From assembly GCF_006345805.1 (NCBI RefSeq), contig NC_043024.1, positions 17,670,001 to 17,734,000 on the forward strand: a DNA stretch of 64,000 bases, read 5' to 3'. Below, piece by piece: positions 26,060 to 39,074 of the stretch. Under the pieces are notes generated by a model, which saw nothing but the letters and a program-made list of their open reading frames with translations, ran no database searches and was not told the origin of the DNA. Made by a program: the position numbers and the translations under genes. Each line of letters begins with the position of its first letter. Position 1 is the first letter of the stretch. Source of the DNA: Octopus sinensis (Eukaryota).

Positions 26060-26650
26060 AGACCATAGGACTGTGTCCATGCTGGGGCACCACTCTGAGG
26101 AGTTTTAGTCGAACTAATTGGTCCCAGTACCTATTTTCCGCTACTTATTCTATCAGTTTCTTTTACTGAACTGCTAAGTTACAGGGACATAAACACACCA
26201 ACACCGGCTGTCAAGTGGTGGCAGGACACACACGCACACACATTATTTATTTACAATGGGCTTCTTTCAGTTTCTTTTTTCTTTATTTCCCACAAGAGGC
26301 TAAGCACAGAGGGGACAAACAAGAACAGACAAAGGGATTACGTCGATTACATCGACCCCAGTGCACAACTGGTATTTAATTTATCGACCCCAAAAGGATG
26401 GAAGGCAAAGTCAACCTTGGTGGAATTTGAACTCAGAACGTAAAGACAGACAAAATGCCACTAAGCATTTCGCTTGGAATGCTAACAATTCTGCCAGTTT
26501 GCCATCTTAGTTTCTATCTTCCAAATGCACTTGCAAGGCTTTGATTGGCCCGAGGCTACAATTGAAGACACTTGCCCAAGGTGCCACACAGTGGGACTGA
26601 ACCCAGAATCATGTGGTTGGGAAGCAAACCTCTTACCACACAGCCATGCC
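26060..26650 (-). mobile_element. SINE family 1 with nested family-2 SINE (26276-26508)
   Basis: The family-1 sequence is split at ttctttcagtttc. The insert is flanked by agtttct at 26269-26275 and 26509-26515. Confidence 0.85.
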
Positions 26651-26719
26651 GTAATGTGTGTGTTATTAGTGTTGACGTTTCTGTTAATTAGTTCAACAGA
26701 GAAACATTTAACCTGAGAA

Positions 26720-27060
26720 GATTGATGATGAGACAGAAACTGTGGAAAGTCACATTAGTGGGAGGCACCGTCTAGTGAGGGGAAGAAGGATTGGATAAAA
26801 GGTATTCAATGTAGATGAGGGAGTCACAGTAGAAGTGATGAATGGAAATGGTTGAATATACTTGATGGATCAGGGAGGAGACAGCCTATAGCTTGCTGGT
26901 TCAGAGAAACAAAGGCCATTGTCGTAGCAGTTTAAAAGGGAGAGAGAGGACACAGCATGTCAGTATGTGGTTGTGATGGGAGATTAACTGTTTTAGGGTG
27001 GTGTGCAGGTGAGTTTTTGAATGTTTATGTGGTGTAACAGCAGCAATGTCTTAAACACTG
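26720..27060 (-). mobile_element. Decayed CR1-group LINE 3' fragment
   Basis: Minus strand translates AVSSLSLLNCYDNGLCFSEPAS, like the V.SLSLFYRYY.G.CS.EL motif at CR1-type ORF2 ends. Confidence 0.55.
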
Positions 27061-27256
27061 GAATGATCATATGGTTCAAAAACAGACGTCACTTTGCAAA
27101 TAGGTGGTTTCAAGTTCAACTCTTCTGTATGGTACCACAATACCTTGGGCCAATGTCTCATCTTGCCTAGCTTTGGAGAGACCAAAGCCTTGTCAGTGAA
27201 ATTTATTTGAATGGAAAACTGTATGTTGGTTCCTTAAGAGGCTCCTTTCTGTTTAA

Positions 27257-27437
27257 CCCTTTCGTTACCATATTTCTGTTGAGATGCTCTGTGTTTCTTT
27301 CAATTAATTTTAAATATAACAAAGAATTTAGTAAAATAACTTAATTACCATTAAGCTAGTGTTAGGAACATAAATTGTGACTAAGGTTTGGTGGAAGATT
27401 TTAATTCAGAACTTTTGAAAACAAGACATCAAAAGGG
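27257..27437. mobile_element. piggyBac-like MITE
   Basis: TTAA|CCCTTT ... AAAGGG|TTAA termini. The internal sequence is repeated in a partial copy at 8285-8413. Confidence 0.8.
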
Positions 27438-27479
27438 TTAATTTGGTTTAACATTTCCACATGGGTTTTGGGTCTTTCA

Positions 27480-27905
27480 ATTAATATTGGTTTCAAATTT
27501 TGGCACAAAGCCAGCAATTTTGGGCAATGGGGTCAGTCGATTACATCAACCCCAGTAATTGACTGGTACTTATTTTATTGACCCTGAAGGGGTGAAAGAC
27601 AAAGTCGATTTTAGCAGAATTTGAGCTCAGGACACAAAGACATGAAATGCCGCCAAGCATCTCGTCCAGTGTGCTAACGATTCCACCAGCTTGCCACCTT
27701 AGCAATAAGAATAATATTTGTATCAAATTTTGGCACAAGGCCAGTAATTTTGAGAGAGGAGCTAGGCCGATTATATCAACTCCAGTATTCAACTGGTACT
27801 TATTTTATTGACCCCGAAAGAATGAAAGGTAAAGATGATCTTGGCAGAATTTGAGCTCAGAACACAAAGACAGGTATTTAGCCCTGCATGGTTAATGGTT
27901 CTAGC
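27480..27905 (-). mobile_element. Two tandem family-2 SINEs
   Basis: Reverse-complement Meta-like core and head motifs. A similar minus-strand cluster lies at 40200-40810. Confidence 0.8.
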
Positions 27906-28419
27906 AGCTCACTGCCTTACACCTACTTATATTAGGACCAACACCTTATTCTGAAGATTATTTATTTCCACTCCTCCTTGCTTTCCTTCCTTCTGCCCTT
28001 CCTTCCTTCAAAGACCCTAAAAACAGGCATAAATCCTGCCCTTCCACTCCTGACTCCCATGTAAGCAAAAACAAAAACAAAAGTGAACACTGTTTCAGTG
28101 TGAGTAATTTTATGTTTGATCACCTAGATGGGAGGGAAGGCAGTGCTTATTGCCCCTTTTTCAGGGTTATGAGCTGGGTAGGAGGAAGGGAGAGAAGGTA
28201 GTGCCTATTGGCTCTTTTTCAGGGCCTCTGAGATGGATGCGAGGTGCGGTATTAGGAAGGTGTCTTCTGACTAAAAGCCTGGTGCAAACACTTGCAAAAA
28301 AGTGAAATTCACAAAAGGAGCCCCAGGAGGGGGACTGGTCAAGGGTCAGTCACTTATGATGACTCAAGTATTTTGTAACCCTAACACACAGATTGTAATC
28401 ATCTCAGTAATGCACCCTC

Positions 28420-28835
28420 ATAATGTCTGCATACAGCAGTTGCAGTACCATCTCAGATATGGAGATGCTAGTTTAGAGTATTTCCTGGTCCTAAAGAGGA
28501 CGTGTATTCTTTGTGATGTGATCCCTGGCACCTGTGTGTCTGTAGCAGCAGAGCCATCTCTGTGACTTGAGCAGTTCTCTTGAGATTTGTAGAAGTTTAC
28601 CAACAAGTCCAACAACATATAGGTCTGAGGTAGTGTCTGGTGGAGGACCCTTCGTCTGGGTGTGTGTGTGGGGGGGATGTCACTACAGTAACAGCATTGT
28701 CCCTATCAAGGGGGAAGTACAAGTTCAGTGTGGGCCCTAATGAAATTTTGTACAGGTTTTGTATTTGCTCGGGACCAGAGTATTTTTTGGCCATCCTAAA
28801 AGGGATCTTTAAGTCTTTCTCATGTGGCCTAGAAT
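28420..28835 (-). mobile_element. Highly decayed CR1-like reverse transcriptase C-terminal fragment
   Basis: FRMAKKYSGPEQIQNLYKISLGPTLNLYFPL resembles the L..LYK..IRP.LEYCS.W motif. Frameshifted and interrupted. Confidence 0.45.
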
Positions 28836-29551
28836 GCATGTGAGTAGAGAGAGAGAGAGAAAGGGAAAGTGAGCCGTAGTAGTAATAGCAATGTCCCTGA
28901 TTTAGGAACAGTCCTTAAGGGTTGCTGGTTGTTTGAATTATGTTGAAGGCTTGTATATGTGTGTGCATGTGAGAAAGAGAGAGAGAGGGAGGGGGGGAGA
29001 GAGGGTATATAATGTGAGTGTATATGTTACAGAAGACATGAAGACACATATACTCCTTACACATATACACACGTATCTGTAAATCTTCAGTTTATGTAAA
29101 CATTATTTGGGACCCCTTGAAATTTCCAAACTTGAGTATCCTTGATATAATGCACCCCTCATACATCCTCATCACAAACCCTGGCTCCTACAACATAACA
29201 GAAGTGTATTATATCTTCACATAACACCACTTCATCTTCCACTCATTTATTTATTTTTTGTTTATTTGTTTATTTATTTATTTATTTATTCTAGATGTAT
29301 TTATACAGTGATGTAAAAGCTTTCTGGCATAAATAAATAAATATCTTACATACATCTGTCACCTCCTAATCAGCCAATAATATCTTTCCTTTACACACAA
29401 CTGACCAATCAGTGGTGGCCATCATATTTAAAACTTCCGGAACTTGTTATAAATGACTTTTTTGTTTGTTTTATTGATCAACAACAAAATTTAAGTAACA
29501 TTTGGTAAGCATCAGGTATTGAGTACTCTTTTGCATCTCCTTCATTTACAC

Positions 29552-29716
29552 TTGGGCTTCTTTCAGTTTCCGTCTACCGAATCCACTCACAAAGCTTTGG
29601 TCAGCCCCAGGTTATAGTAGAAGACACTTGCCCAAAGTGCCATGCAGTGGGACTGAACCCGGAACTATGTGCTTTGTAAGCAAGCTACTTACCACACAGC
29701 CACTCCTACGCCTATG

Positions 29717-29753
<37 letters not shown>

Positions 29754-29945
29754 GTTTGTGTCCCACTATTATCACTTGACAACTGATGCTGGTGTGTTTA
29801 CGTCTCTCTAACTTAGTGGTTTGGCAAAAGACACCGATAGAATAAGTACTAGACTTACAAAGAATAAGTCCTGGGGTCGATTTGTTTGACTAAAGGTGGT
29901 GCTCCAGCATGGCCACGGTCAAATGACTGAAGCGTGTAAAAGAGT
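29552..29945. mobile_element. SINE family 1 with 5' half inverted relative to 3' half
   Basis: Head and core read on minus (29552-29715), then a (TA)n tract, then the tail reads on plus (29755-29945). Confidence 0.8.
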
Positions 29946-30239
29946 ATATCAGGAGAAGTGTTAATGCTGTTCCCCCTGGATGAAGAGGATTGACCTGGAG
30001 GAGCCCTGTGCCGGTGCCACATAAAAAAAAGCACACATGCCGGGGCCACGTAAAAGCACTTGTGCTAAGTGATACCCTGAAAGCATGCAGCAACACTGTA
30101 AATTGGTTGGCATTAGGAAGGGCATCCAGCTGTAGATACCATGCCTAAATCAGACTGGAACCTGGTGCAGCTCTCCAGCTTGCTACCAGCTCTGGTCAAA
30201 CCATCCTACCCATGCCGGCATGGAAAACGGACATTAATT

Positions 30240-30415
30240 GATGGTGATGATGATGATAATGATGGTTGTGGTGGTGGTGGTGGTGGTAGTGGTGGTGGTG
30301 GTGGTGGTGGTGGTGATGGTGGTGGTGGTGGTGGTGGTGGTGGTGGTGATGTTGGTGATGATGATGATGATGATAGAGATAGTGATTACGACAACGACGA
30401 CGATGATGATGATGA
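30240..30415. repeat. (GGT)n/(GAT)n trinucleotide repeat
   Basis: Direct inspection. It extends the (ATG)n tail of an RTE fragment. Similar tracts at 53945-54320 and (GTT/GCT)n at 59985-60480. Confidence 0.95.
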
Positions 30416-30794
30416 GATCCATTCTGCTGACTGAGATATGAGCGCTTGAATTTTCTGACTTAGGAATTCTCAGACAACTATATCTATCTATGTATGTGCA
30501 TGTGTACAGAGTGAGTTTTTCTTTTGTGTAAATGCGAACACACATACACACACACACACACAAGCAACACAGGCTTACAGACATGCTTTCTCACAAGTAT
30601 GTGTATATATGTGTGTGTGCATTATCTGTGTGTGTATGTATGTGTCTGTGTTACTATATAAGTACACTTTTTTCATACAAAGTCTCACTCACACACACAC
30701 AAGTTTGTGATGGAAAATTGACAAAGAAAATCTCTAAACAACTGACAAAAGTGGAAAGCAAAGAAAGAGAGAGTGAAAGACGGATAAACAGAGA

Positions 30795-31235
30795 TGGACA
30801 GACAGACAGACAGACAGATAGATAGATAGGAGGTAGGTAAGTAGGTAGGTAGATAGATAGACAGGTAGATACATAGATACAAAAATAGGTAGGTAGATTG
30901 ATAGACCAATGGGTGAATAGATAGATAGACAGACAGATAGACGGATGGGCAGACAGATAAATCAATAGATAGACAGACACGTAGACAGATAGACAGATAC
31001 ACAGGCAGACAGACAGACTGACTGACAGTCCGATAGATAGATAGATAGATAGAGGAACAGACAGATAGATAGACAGATAGAAAAATTTATCTATCAATCC
31101 ACCGATAGGTAGATAGATAGATGGATAGACAGACTGATAGATAGACAGATAGACAAACAGACAAGTAGACAGATAGACAGACAGAAAGATTAATAGATAG
31201 ATAGATAGATAGATAGATTGATGGATAGATAGATA
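30795..31235. repeat. (GATA)n/(GACA)n tetranucleotide array
   Basis: Direct inspection. Similar tracts at 19505-19570, 50640-50745 and 55085-55265. Confidence 0.95.
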
Positions 31236-31539
31236 TGTATACATGTATATATGTACGTATATATGTATGCATGCATACATGCTTGTATGTATGTGTGTAG
31301 GCACATAGGAAGGAAGGCAGGCAAGTTGATGGATAGATGGAGAAATCCATTGATACACAGACAGCTAGGTAGTGGCAAGTTTATAAAAGTTTGCTGGAAT
31401 GGTTGAGCATCTGAATAAATACTATCAAGCATCTTAATTTCACTCCTCTACATTCTGAGTTCAAATGCTGTCAAATGCTGGCTGTAGTTTTCATTTTTCT
31501 TGGATCAACAAAACCCTACCAAAACATGTTCAATCCATT

Positions 31540-31961
31540 GCTCTCTCTCTCTCTCTCTCTGTCTGTCACTCTCTCTCTCTCTGTCACTCTCTCTCACTCT
31601 GCTTCTCTCCCTCTCTCTCTGCTTCTCTCTTTCTCTCTACCTCTCTCGTTCTCTGCTTCTCTCTCTCTATCTTTCTCTCTCATTCTCTGCTTCTCTCTCT
31701 CTTTCTCTCTCATTCTCTGCTTCTCTCGTTCTCTGCTTCTCTCTCTCTCTCTCTCTCCTTCTCTCTCGTTCTCTGCTTCTCTCTTTCTCGTTCTCTGCTT
31801 CTCTCTCTCTCTTTCTCTCTCGTTCTCTCTCTCTCTCTACTTCTCTCTCTCTTTCTCTTTCGTTCTCTCTTTCTCTCTCTCTGCTTCTCTCTCGCTCTGC
31901 TTCTCTCTCTCTTTCTCTCTCATTCTCTGCTTCTCTCTCTCTCTGCTTCTCTCTATCTCTG

Positions 31962-31997
<36 letters not shown>

Positions 31998-32060
31998 CCT
32001 GCTTCTTCTCACCTCCATCCTTAACTTCTCTGCTCTCTTGTTTCCTCTTCTCTTTCTCTC
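31540..32060 (+). repeat. (CT)n-based minisatellite with recurring ttctctgcttctc unit
   Basis: Near-pure pyrimidine strand with ctgc interruptions at quasi-regular spacing. Confidence 0.9.
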
Positions 32061-32762
32061 TCTCTCTCTCTTGCATTCTCCCTATATATCTATGTATGCA
32101 TGTGTGTGTGTTTGTGTGTATATATTATTTCTCTCTTCCTCCTCTCTTCCTCCTCTCTTCCTCCTCTCTTCCTCCTCTCCTCATTTTCTAACTACAAACA
32201 CCACCACCACCACCACTACTACTCCCTCTGCTGATGGTGATGCTGGAGACGGAGCTATTACTACAAATGCTGCTGACAGTGCTGTTGCTGCTGCTACTAC
32301 ATTTCTCTCCTTATCATGTGATTTACCTTAAATAATCACTGTCACTTCTTCTCTTTCTCCATCCCTCCCTTTCTCTTTCTCTCTCTCTCTCTCTCTCTTT
32401 CCCATTCCATTTCCCCACCCTCCCCCCCTTCCCATAGCAATACACTGGTAAGCGTGCAGTGAGGGGCTCGCATGGATCTGCAACATGGGTGAACAGAAGG
32501 CCCAGTTGGAAAAAGGGAGGTGGTGGTGGCAAACTTGGGGTGGGGCGGATGATGATGTTAGTCAGAGCTTGTAACCTCTGACCTCTCCCAAAATATTGGG
32601 TTGCTATGCATTTCAATTATCGAACTGTCGTGATGGATGCGCACACACTCTCTTTCCTGCTGGCATGCACAACAACATGCACATATGCAGACACACAGAT
32701 TCTGTCTCTGTCTCTTTCTCTTTCTTTCTCCCTTGCTATGCATTTATATACATATATATATA

Positions 32763-32845
<83 letters not shown>

Positions 32846-33304
32846 ATATATATATGTATGCATGTATATATATATATGTGTGTGTGTATATATAAATAAA
32901 TGGAGTTAAACGCATGTGTTATTCAAATTCTTTTTACTTCCGATACATGTTTCGAAGATATCCCTGGTATTATTCCCAAGGAATAAAATGGTGTAAAACA
33001 GGAAAATGAAGAAATGAAACTCTTCAATAAGACATTTTAACAGAAAATGGTGGATATGTATAGTGATTAACTGAACGCTATTAAGTTTGTTTCAAAAAAC
33101 ATTAGAGGATATAACGTCAAAGGTAGCCTATAGAAAGAGGAGGGGTAAAGGAAAGAAAAGCCAAATAAATGAGAAGTGTATAACTATATGTATATTAAAT
33201 AAAACCATAGAATATTAATGTTTAAATTATATATAATGATAGATATCACTTATATGAACTAAAGGTGTGTTTCTGCCAATGTTTCCAAGGGAAAAATATA
33301 CACA

Positions 33305-33343
<39 letters not shown>

Positions 33344-33824
33344 TTCTATTTTTTATGTCAATTTGACATTAAATTTTACATTAAATTGAAGGATATCTCA
33401 GTTCTTTTTGCAGGTTACATATCTATTATTCTTTTACAATAATAATGTTGACAGTGACTTTGAAGTTTTAGCCAGCCTGCTTAGCATTCATCTTATATGT
33501 GTGTCTGTCCTACATGTACATTTCTTAGTGTTTAATGCATTTTTCATTTATTGAGTAACTGAAAGCCATGCATCCCAACTTTTGTTAACAATAAGTTTAT
33601 ATATATATAAACCTAGTAACCAGTTGATCTAGCAATCAGGGCCTCACTTCAGTGAGGAGGACCAATGTGCAATAATGCCATCAAGAGGAAGGCCCCAAAG
33701 CAGCATTCATTCATTTTTTCCTGATAACTCCATAAGCTTGCTAGCATATGGTGTGCAGAACTTTCAACTTGTAGCACCTTGCATCTGCAAGTTGTTTACA
33801 AAAAAACTTTAAAAAAAAATCTTT

Positions 33825-33914
<90 letters not shown>

Positions 33915-34724
33915 AAATCGCTTTATTTCACGCTACTCCAGTTCACTCAGCTGTAGAAGCAAGATGCAACATCATTGGTGCCAAGTCGTATTGGTGTTTG
34001 CCTTTCTCTTAGAAAACATTGGTGGTATAGAAAGGGGAGATGGTATGCATGAGTAACTGCTGGTCTTCCATAAACAACATTGCCAAGGCTTGTGCATTGG
34101 AGGGTAACTTCCTTAGGGCAATTCCACAGACATTCATAACCAAAGGGGGTGCTTTTTACATACATATGTATATATTTCTTTATTGCCCACAAGGGGCTAA
34201 ACTTAGAGGGGACAAACAAAAACAGACAAAGAGATTAAGTTGATTACATTGGCCCCAGTGCGTAACTGGTACTTTATTTATCGACCCCTAAAGGATGATC
34301 TCGGCAGAATTTGAACTCAGAACGTAACAGCAGACGAAATACCACTAAGCATTTTGCCCAGTGCACTAACATTTCTGCCAGCTCACTGCCTTATATTCAT
34401 ACATATGTATATGTGTGTATCTTCCTTCCAGGCAGGCACAAGCACAAGCAACATACATGCATATCCACATTTGCAAAATAAACACATTCGCGTATGTGCA
34501 GAGAAATGCATTTTTTTTTCTTTTACTTGTTTCAGTCATTTGACTACAGCCATGCTGGAGCACCACCTTTAGTCGAGCAAATCGACTCCAGGACTTATTC
34601 TTTGTAAGCCCAGTACTTATTCTATCGGTCTCTTTTTGCCAAACCGCTAAGTGATGTGGATGTAAACACACCAGCATCGGTGTCAAGCAATGCTAGGGGG
34701 ACAAACACAGACACACAAACACAC

Positions 34725-34767
<43 letters not shown>

Positions 34768-35104
34768 CGACAGGCTTCTTTCAGTTTCCGTCTACCAAAT
34801 CCACTCACAAGGCATTGGTCAGCCGGGGCTATAGCAGAAGACACTTGCCCAAGATGCCACGCAGTGGGACTGAACCTGGAACCATGTGGTTGGTTAGCAA
34901 ACTACTTACCACACAGCCACTCCTTTCTCTTGCATTCCTTTCATACACATCTACATACAATCATACGCACATATTTACTCTTACACAAACATTCACATAC
35001 AGATACACTTACATGTCTATATCTAAACAGAACTCTATGCAAATTCAAAATGCAAAAACATATTTTATACACACATATACACACCCACATTCAATGTATC
35101 TATC

Positions 35105-35385
35105 TGCATGTATGTATGTATGTATGTATGTATGTATGTATGCATGTATGTATGCATGTATGTATGTATGTATGTATGTATGTGTGTATGTATATTTGTA
35201 TAATAATAATAATAATAATAATAATTGTGTACAGTGCTCAGGTGCACTACAACATGTATGTATGCATGTATGTATGTATGTATGTATGTGTGTATGTATG
35301 TATGTATGTATGTATGTATGTATATTTGTATGTATGTATGTATGTATGTATGTATGTATCTATGTATGTATGCATGTATGAATGA
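35105..35385. repeat. (TATG)n microsatellite split by (AAT)n
   Basis: Direct inspection. Confidence 0.95.
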
Positions 35386-35704
35386 ATGAAGTAAAGAAGG
35401 ATGGAAGGAAAGAAAAGAGTGCAGTAAAGTTGCTGTGAGGTGTGGAAAATCCAAGGTTTCAGACTGTCCTTCTTTAAGGAGAATTTTGGAAGGAGAGAAA
35501 TTATTGACTACAACTTTTTTTTTTTTTAACGTAGACTTGAAAAGCTTTGCTGTTCCTCATTAATTTCCCTTCTTTTAACTTAACTTCTGCAGAAGGACAC
35601 TATATGAGATGTTGAGAGTTTTCACTCCTCATAACAAGTTAGTTGTTCTTTTTTTATTAATTATACTACATAATATTATTCTTGCCAGTGCAGACCCACA
35701 CCCC

Positions 35705-36300
35705 GGGCCATCACTATGCCCCTGCAACCCCTGCAGTCACAGGGGCCTCTGCAGTTGAGGAGCCCCATGTTAAGATCAAAGTACATAGATGAGTCGTCTA
35801 TTTACTTTGGTTAAGATGTTGAACAAGAGTTAAACTATGTTAACTGAAATTTTCAAGAAATAAAATGGTAATACATTGTACCTTCAAAAGTTCTTGTAAA
35901 AATAGTATATTGTACCACGAACATGTGCCAGACTCTGTGGATTGTCTATGATAGCTATTGAACACGAACTTAGCGCTCAGCTTGATTATTCTGAACTGAT
36001 CAATGATTTCGGGTAGCAAAAAGTGTGCCGTGCTTGTCTTTGAAAATTGCCTGGATTATAAATGTGCTCTTTTATTCATATCTGGTTGTTTCACTTATTG
36101 ACATTTGTAATAGACCTAAATAAATTTAACTTGTTGTACTTTTAAAGATGTTCTTTAGGATAACATGAAATACCAAACTTCAGATAGAATAAAGTAAAAT
36201 ATAGCTATAAATAAAAAGTGCACAGATTCTGAATTTTGATTGATGGTATAGGATCTCGAAACAAAACGTTGCAGGGAGCTACCTACACCAGCCCCTACAG
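35705..36300 (+). mobile_element. Deleted hAT transposon with dimerisation-domain remnant
   Basis: 35938-36030 translates GLSMIAIEHELSAQLDYSELINDF, matching the hAT C-terminal dimerisation region. GC-rich ends with cccctgcaac / gttgcaggg motifs. Confidence 0.7.
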
Positions 36301-36696
36301 ACTTAGTTTCAACGTGTGTATGTGAAAGAGAGAGAGAGAGTTTGTATGTGTGTATACATAATTGATAAATGTTTATACACAGCAGTGTGTATTAAAAATT
36401 TAAGATCAATTGAAGTAGTAAAACTACAGTTGTTTTTAGACCTTTGTTGTAAATCTTTAAACAAATGTAAAGATACGTGGTTATTCTCTTTGCACCCAGA
36501 CAAGACAAAGGTTCTTCTTTTTTAACATATATATATTTATATATAATTATGTATGTGTGTGTGTATATATATGGCTTAAGACTACCTTTGGTATCATGTT
36601 ATGAGAAGTCTCTCAGGCTTAATAATAAAACCAATGGTATCATTAACATATTAATAATTCTTACCCACCAATGTTGTTGAGCACTCATTCTCATTG

Positions 36697-36754
<58 letters not shown>

Positions 36755-36948
36755 GACACATATACTCTTTTACTTGTTTCAGTGATTTGACTGTGGCCAT
36801 GCTGGGGCATCGCTTTTAGTTGAAGAAATCGACCCCAGGACTTATTCTTTGTAAGCCTAGTACCATCGGTCTCTTTTGCCAAACCGCTAAAACACACCAG
36901 CATCGGTTGTCAAGCGATGTTTGGGGACAAACACAGACACACAAACAT

Positions 36949-36992
<44 letters not shown>

Positions 36993-38481
36993 GCATATAT
37001 ATGATGGGCTTCTTTCAGTTTCCATCTACCAAATCCATTCACAAGGCTTTGGTCGGCCCAAGGCTACAGTAGAAGACACTTGCCCAAGGTGCCACGCAGT
37101 GGGAATGACCCCAGAACCATGTGGTTGGTAAGTAAGCTACTTACCACACAGCCACTCCTGCGCCCATTAACAATACATACATTGTTATTATTTAGAACTG
37201 TTTGGCTCCGTCTCATGCAACTTAAAGTTTTGTAGGGTCCTTGCAGAAACCTGGCTAGTTGGGCTGTCATAACTTCTACTAAATGTGTTGAGCACTTCTT
37301 TCATTTGCCCACTCACTTGCATATGTGTGTATATATACTTGTGCATATGCACATGCTTGTGTGTGTTTGCATGTGTGCATGTGTCTGTGTCTGTGTAGGT
37401 GCCATATAGCCAAATAGCAAAGAAGTTTTCTTGGCATCATGGGTAATTGTCATTTTCAATGACACCCTAGGTTAACCCCTGCCTAGATGAGAGAAGTTGA
37501 GCAAATGGAGATTGTGCAGAAGCCTACTGGGTGGATTGTACTCGTAATTCAAAAGGTACTTGTTACATACACTGTGTCACCTTAATTCTGTCTGAGAATT
37601 GCATGAAGGGTATTAATGTCTGTGGAATACTCATCCACTTACTAATACAATGAACTGGTGATTGTATGGTTAAGAAGTTCAGTTTGCAACCATGTGGTTT
37701 CTGGTTCAATCTCAATTTGTGTAATCTTTGAACTCAGAGCCAAGTGGTTGGGAAGCAAGTTCCTTACCACACAGCCATGCATGCACCTATATATGTCATT
37801 GTTCAGTTTTATTTCAAGGTTTCTTGTCAATAGAGAAAGAGCTGGTTTCTAACCTAGATCCAAGGATCCTTCATTGGAATTTCAACATCAACAACAGGGT
37901 ATTTTTGTATGTATGTATGTACGTATGCATGCATGCATTCATGCATGTGTGTGTGTGTATGTATGTATGTGCATGTGTATGTATGTATATCTGAAATATG
38001 CATGGTGTAGGCTACAGTTATAGATATAGGTTTCTAAAATGTAATAAAAGGGTCAAACAGACTCTTCAGGGATAAGGTCTCAGGTTTAGGAGATTTTTTC
38101 CTCATGTTTTCTAGAAAAGTAAATTTGAATCCCATTGTTTTTTGACTTGGTCAATTATAGGGGTTCTTGAATTTTTCCAAAAATTTCTACCAAGTTGATC
38201 CCTTTAGTAAAACTCAGAAAAACTGTACAACTTTGCTTTATCTTTAACTTGTTTCAGTCATTGGATTGTAGCCATCCTGGGTCACTTCCTTGCAGGGGTC
38301 AGTCAAACAAATTGACCCCAGTACTTATTTTTAAAGTCTTGTACTTATCTACTCCCTGTCTTTGACTGATTGCCTAAGTTACAGGGTTGTAAAAATAATA
38401 GCAGTTGTCAAGCAGCAAGGATGACAAATACACACACACACACGCAACAGGCTTTCACACACTTTCCATCCACTAAATTTA

Positions 38482-38716
38482 AACGTCATCACTGGTGATA
38501 AAATTTGGTGCTACAGAATTTACAGATGTGGAAGAGATAAAGAAAAAACTACAGAGGCATTAAAAGGCATTGCTTTACAAGAGTTCCAGCACTGCTTTGA
38601 ATAGTGGAAAATGCAACTGGACCAATGAATTGCTTCAAATGGAGAACTGCAAACATGTAAAACTAAGTGAATAAAATAGCAGTGCAAAATTCCAATTTCT
38701 TTTGGGCACTCCCTTG
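38482..38716 (+). mobile_element. Deleted mariner element (second family), 3' part
   Basis: NVITGDKIWCY (first catalytic D motif VTGDETW) joined to FTDVEEIKKKTTEALKGIALQEFQHCFE*WKMQLDQ*IASNGE. Ends tttttgggcactcccttg|TA. Confidence 0.8.
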
Positions 38717-38755
<39 letters not shown>

Positions 38756-38980
38756 GAGAAAGAAGCAACAAGAATGGATTAGTTTTTTGCAACTTTTAAT
38801 AAAGCCTGTCTTTGTATGAAACAATTGTACTAAAAACTAATCCATTCTTGTTGCTTCTTTCTCGTTTATAATCACCCCACATTACTGTATGGTTAACACC
38901 ATATAGTTTTCTGGTGCATCTAAGTTAAGTACCGTATTCAAGTAAATTCATTAGAATTGACTTGAATCTTAATTGCTTTT

Positions 38981-39074
<94 letters not shown>

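Noticed and set aside
31465-32331. 288-aa Ser/Leu-rich ORF and overlapping ORFs
   Set aside because: Product of the (CT)n minisatellite. 18950-19891 and 30654-31358 are likewise simple-repeat translations.
32930-33040. Penelope-like end with ttgaagag...cttcgaaacatgta on the minus strand
   Set aside because: Too degenerate to call a ribozyme or define boundaries.
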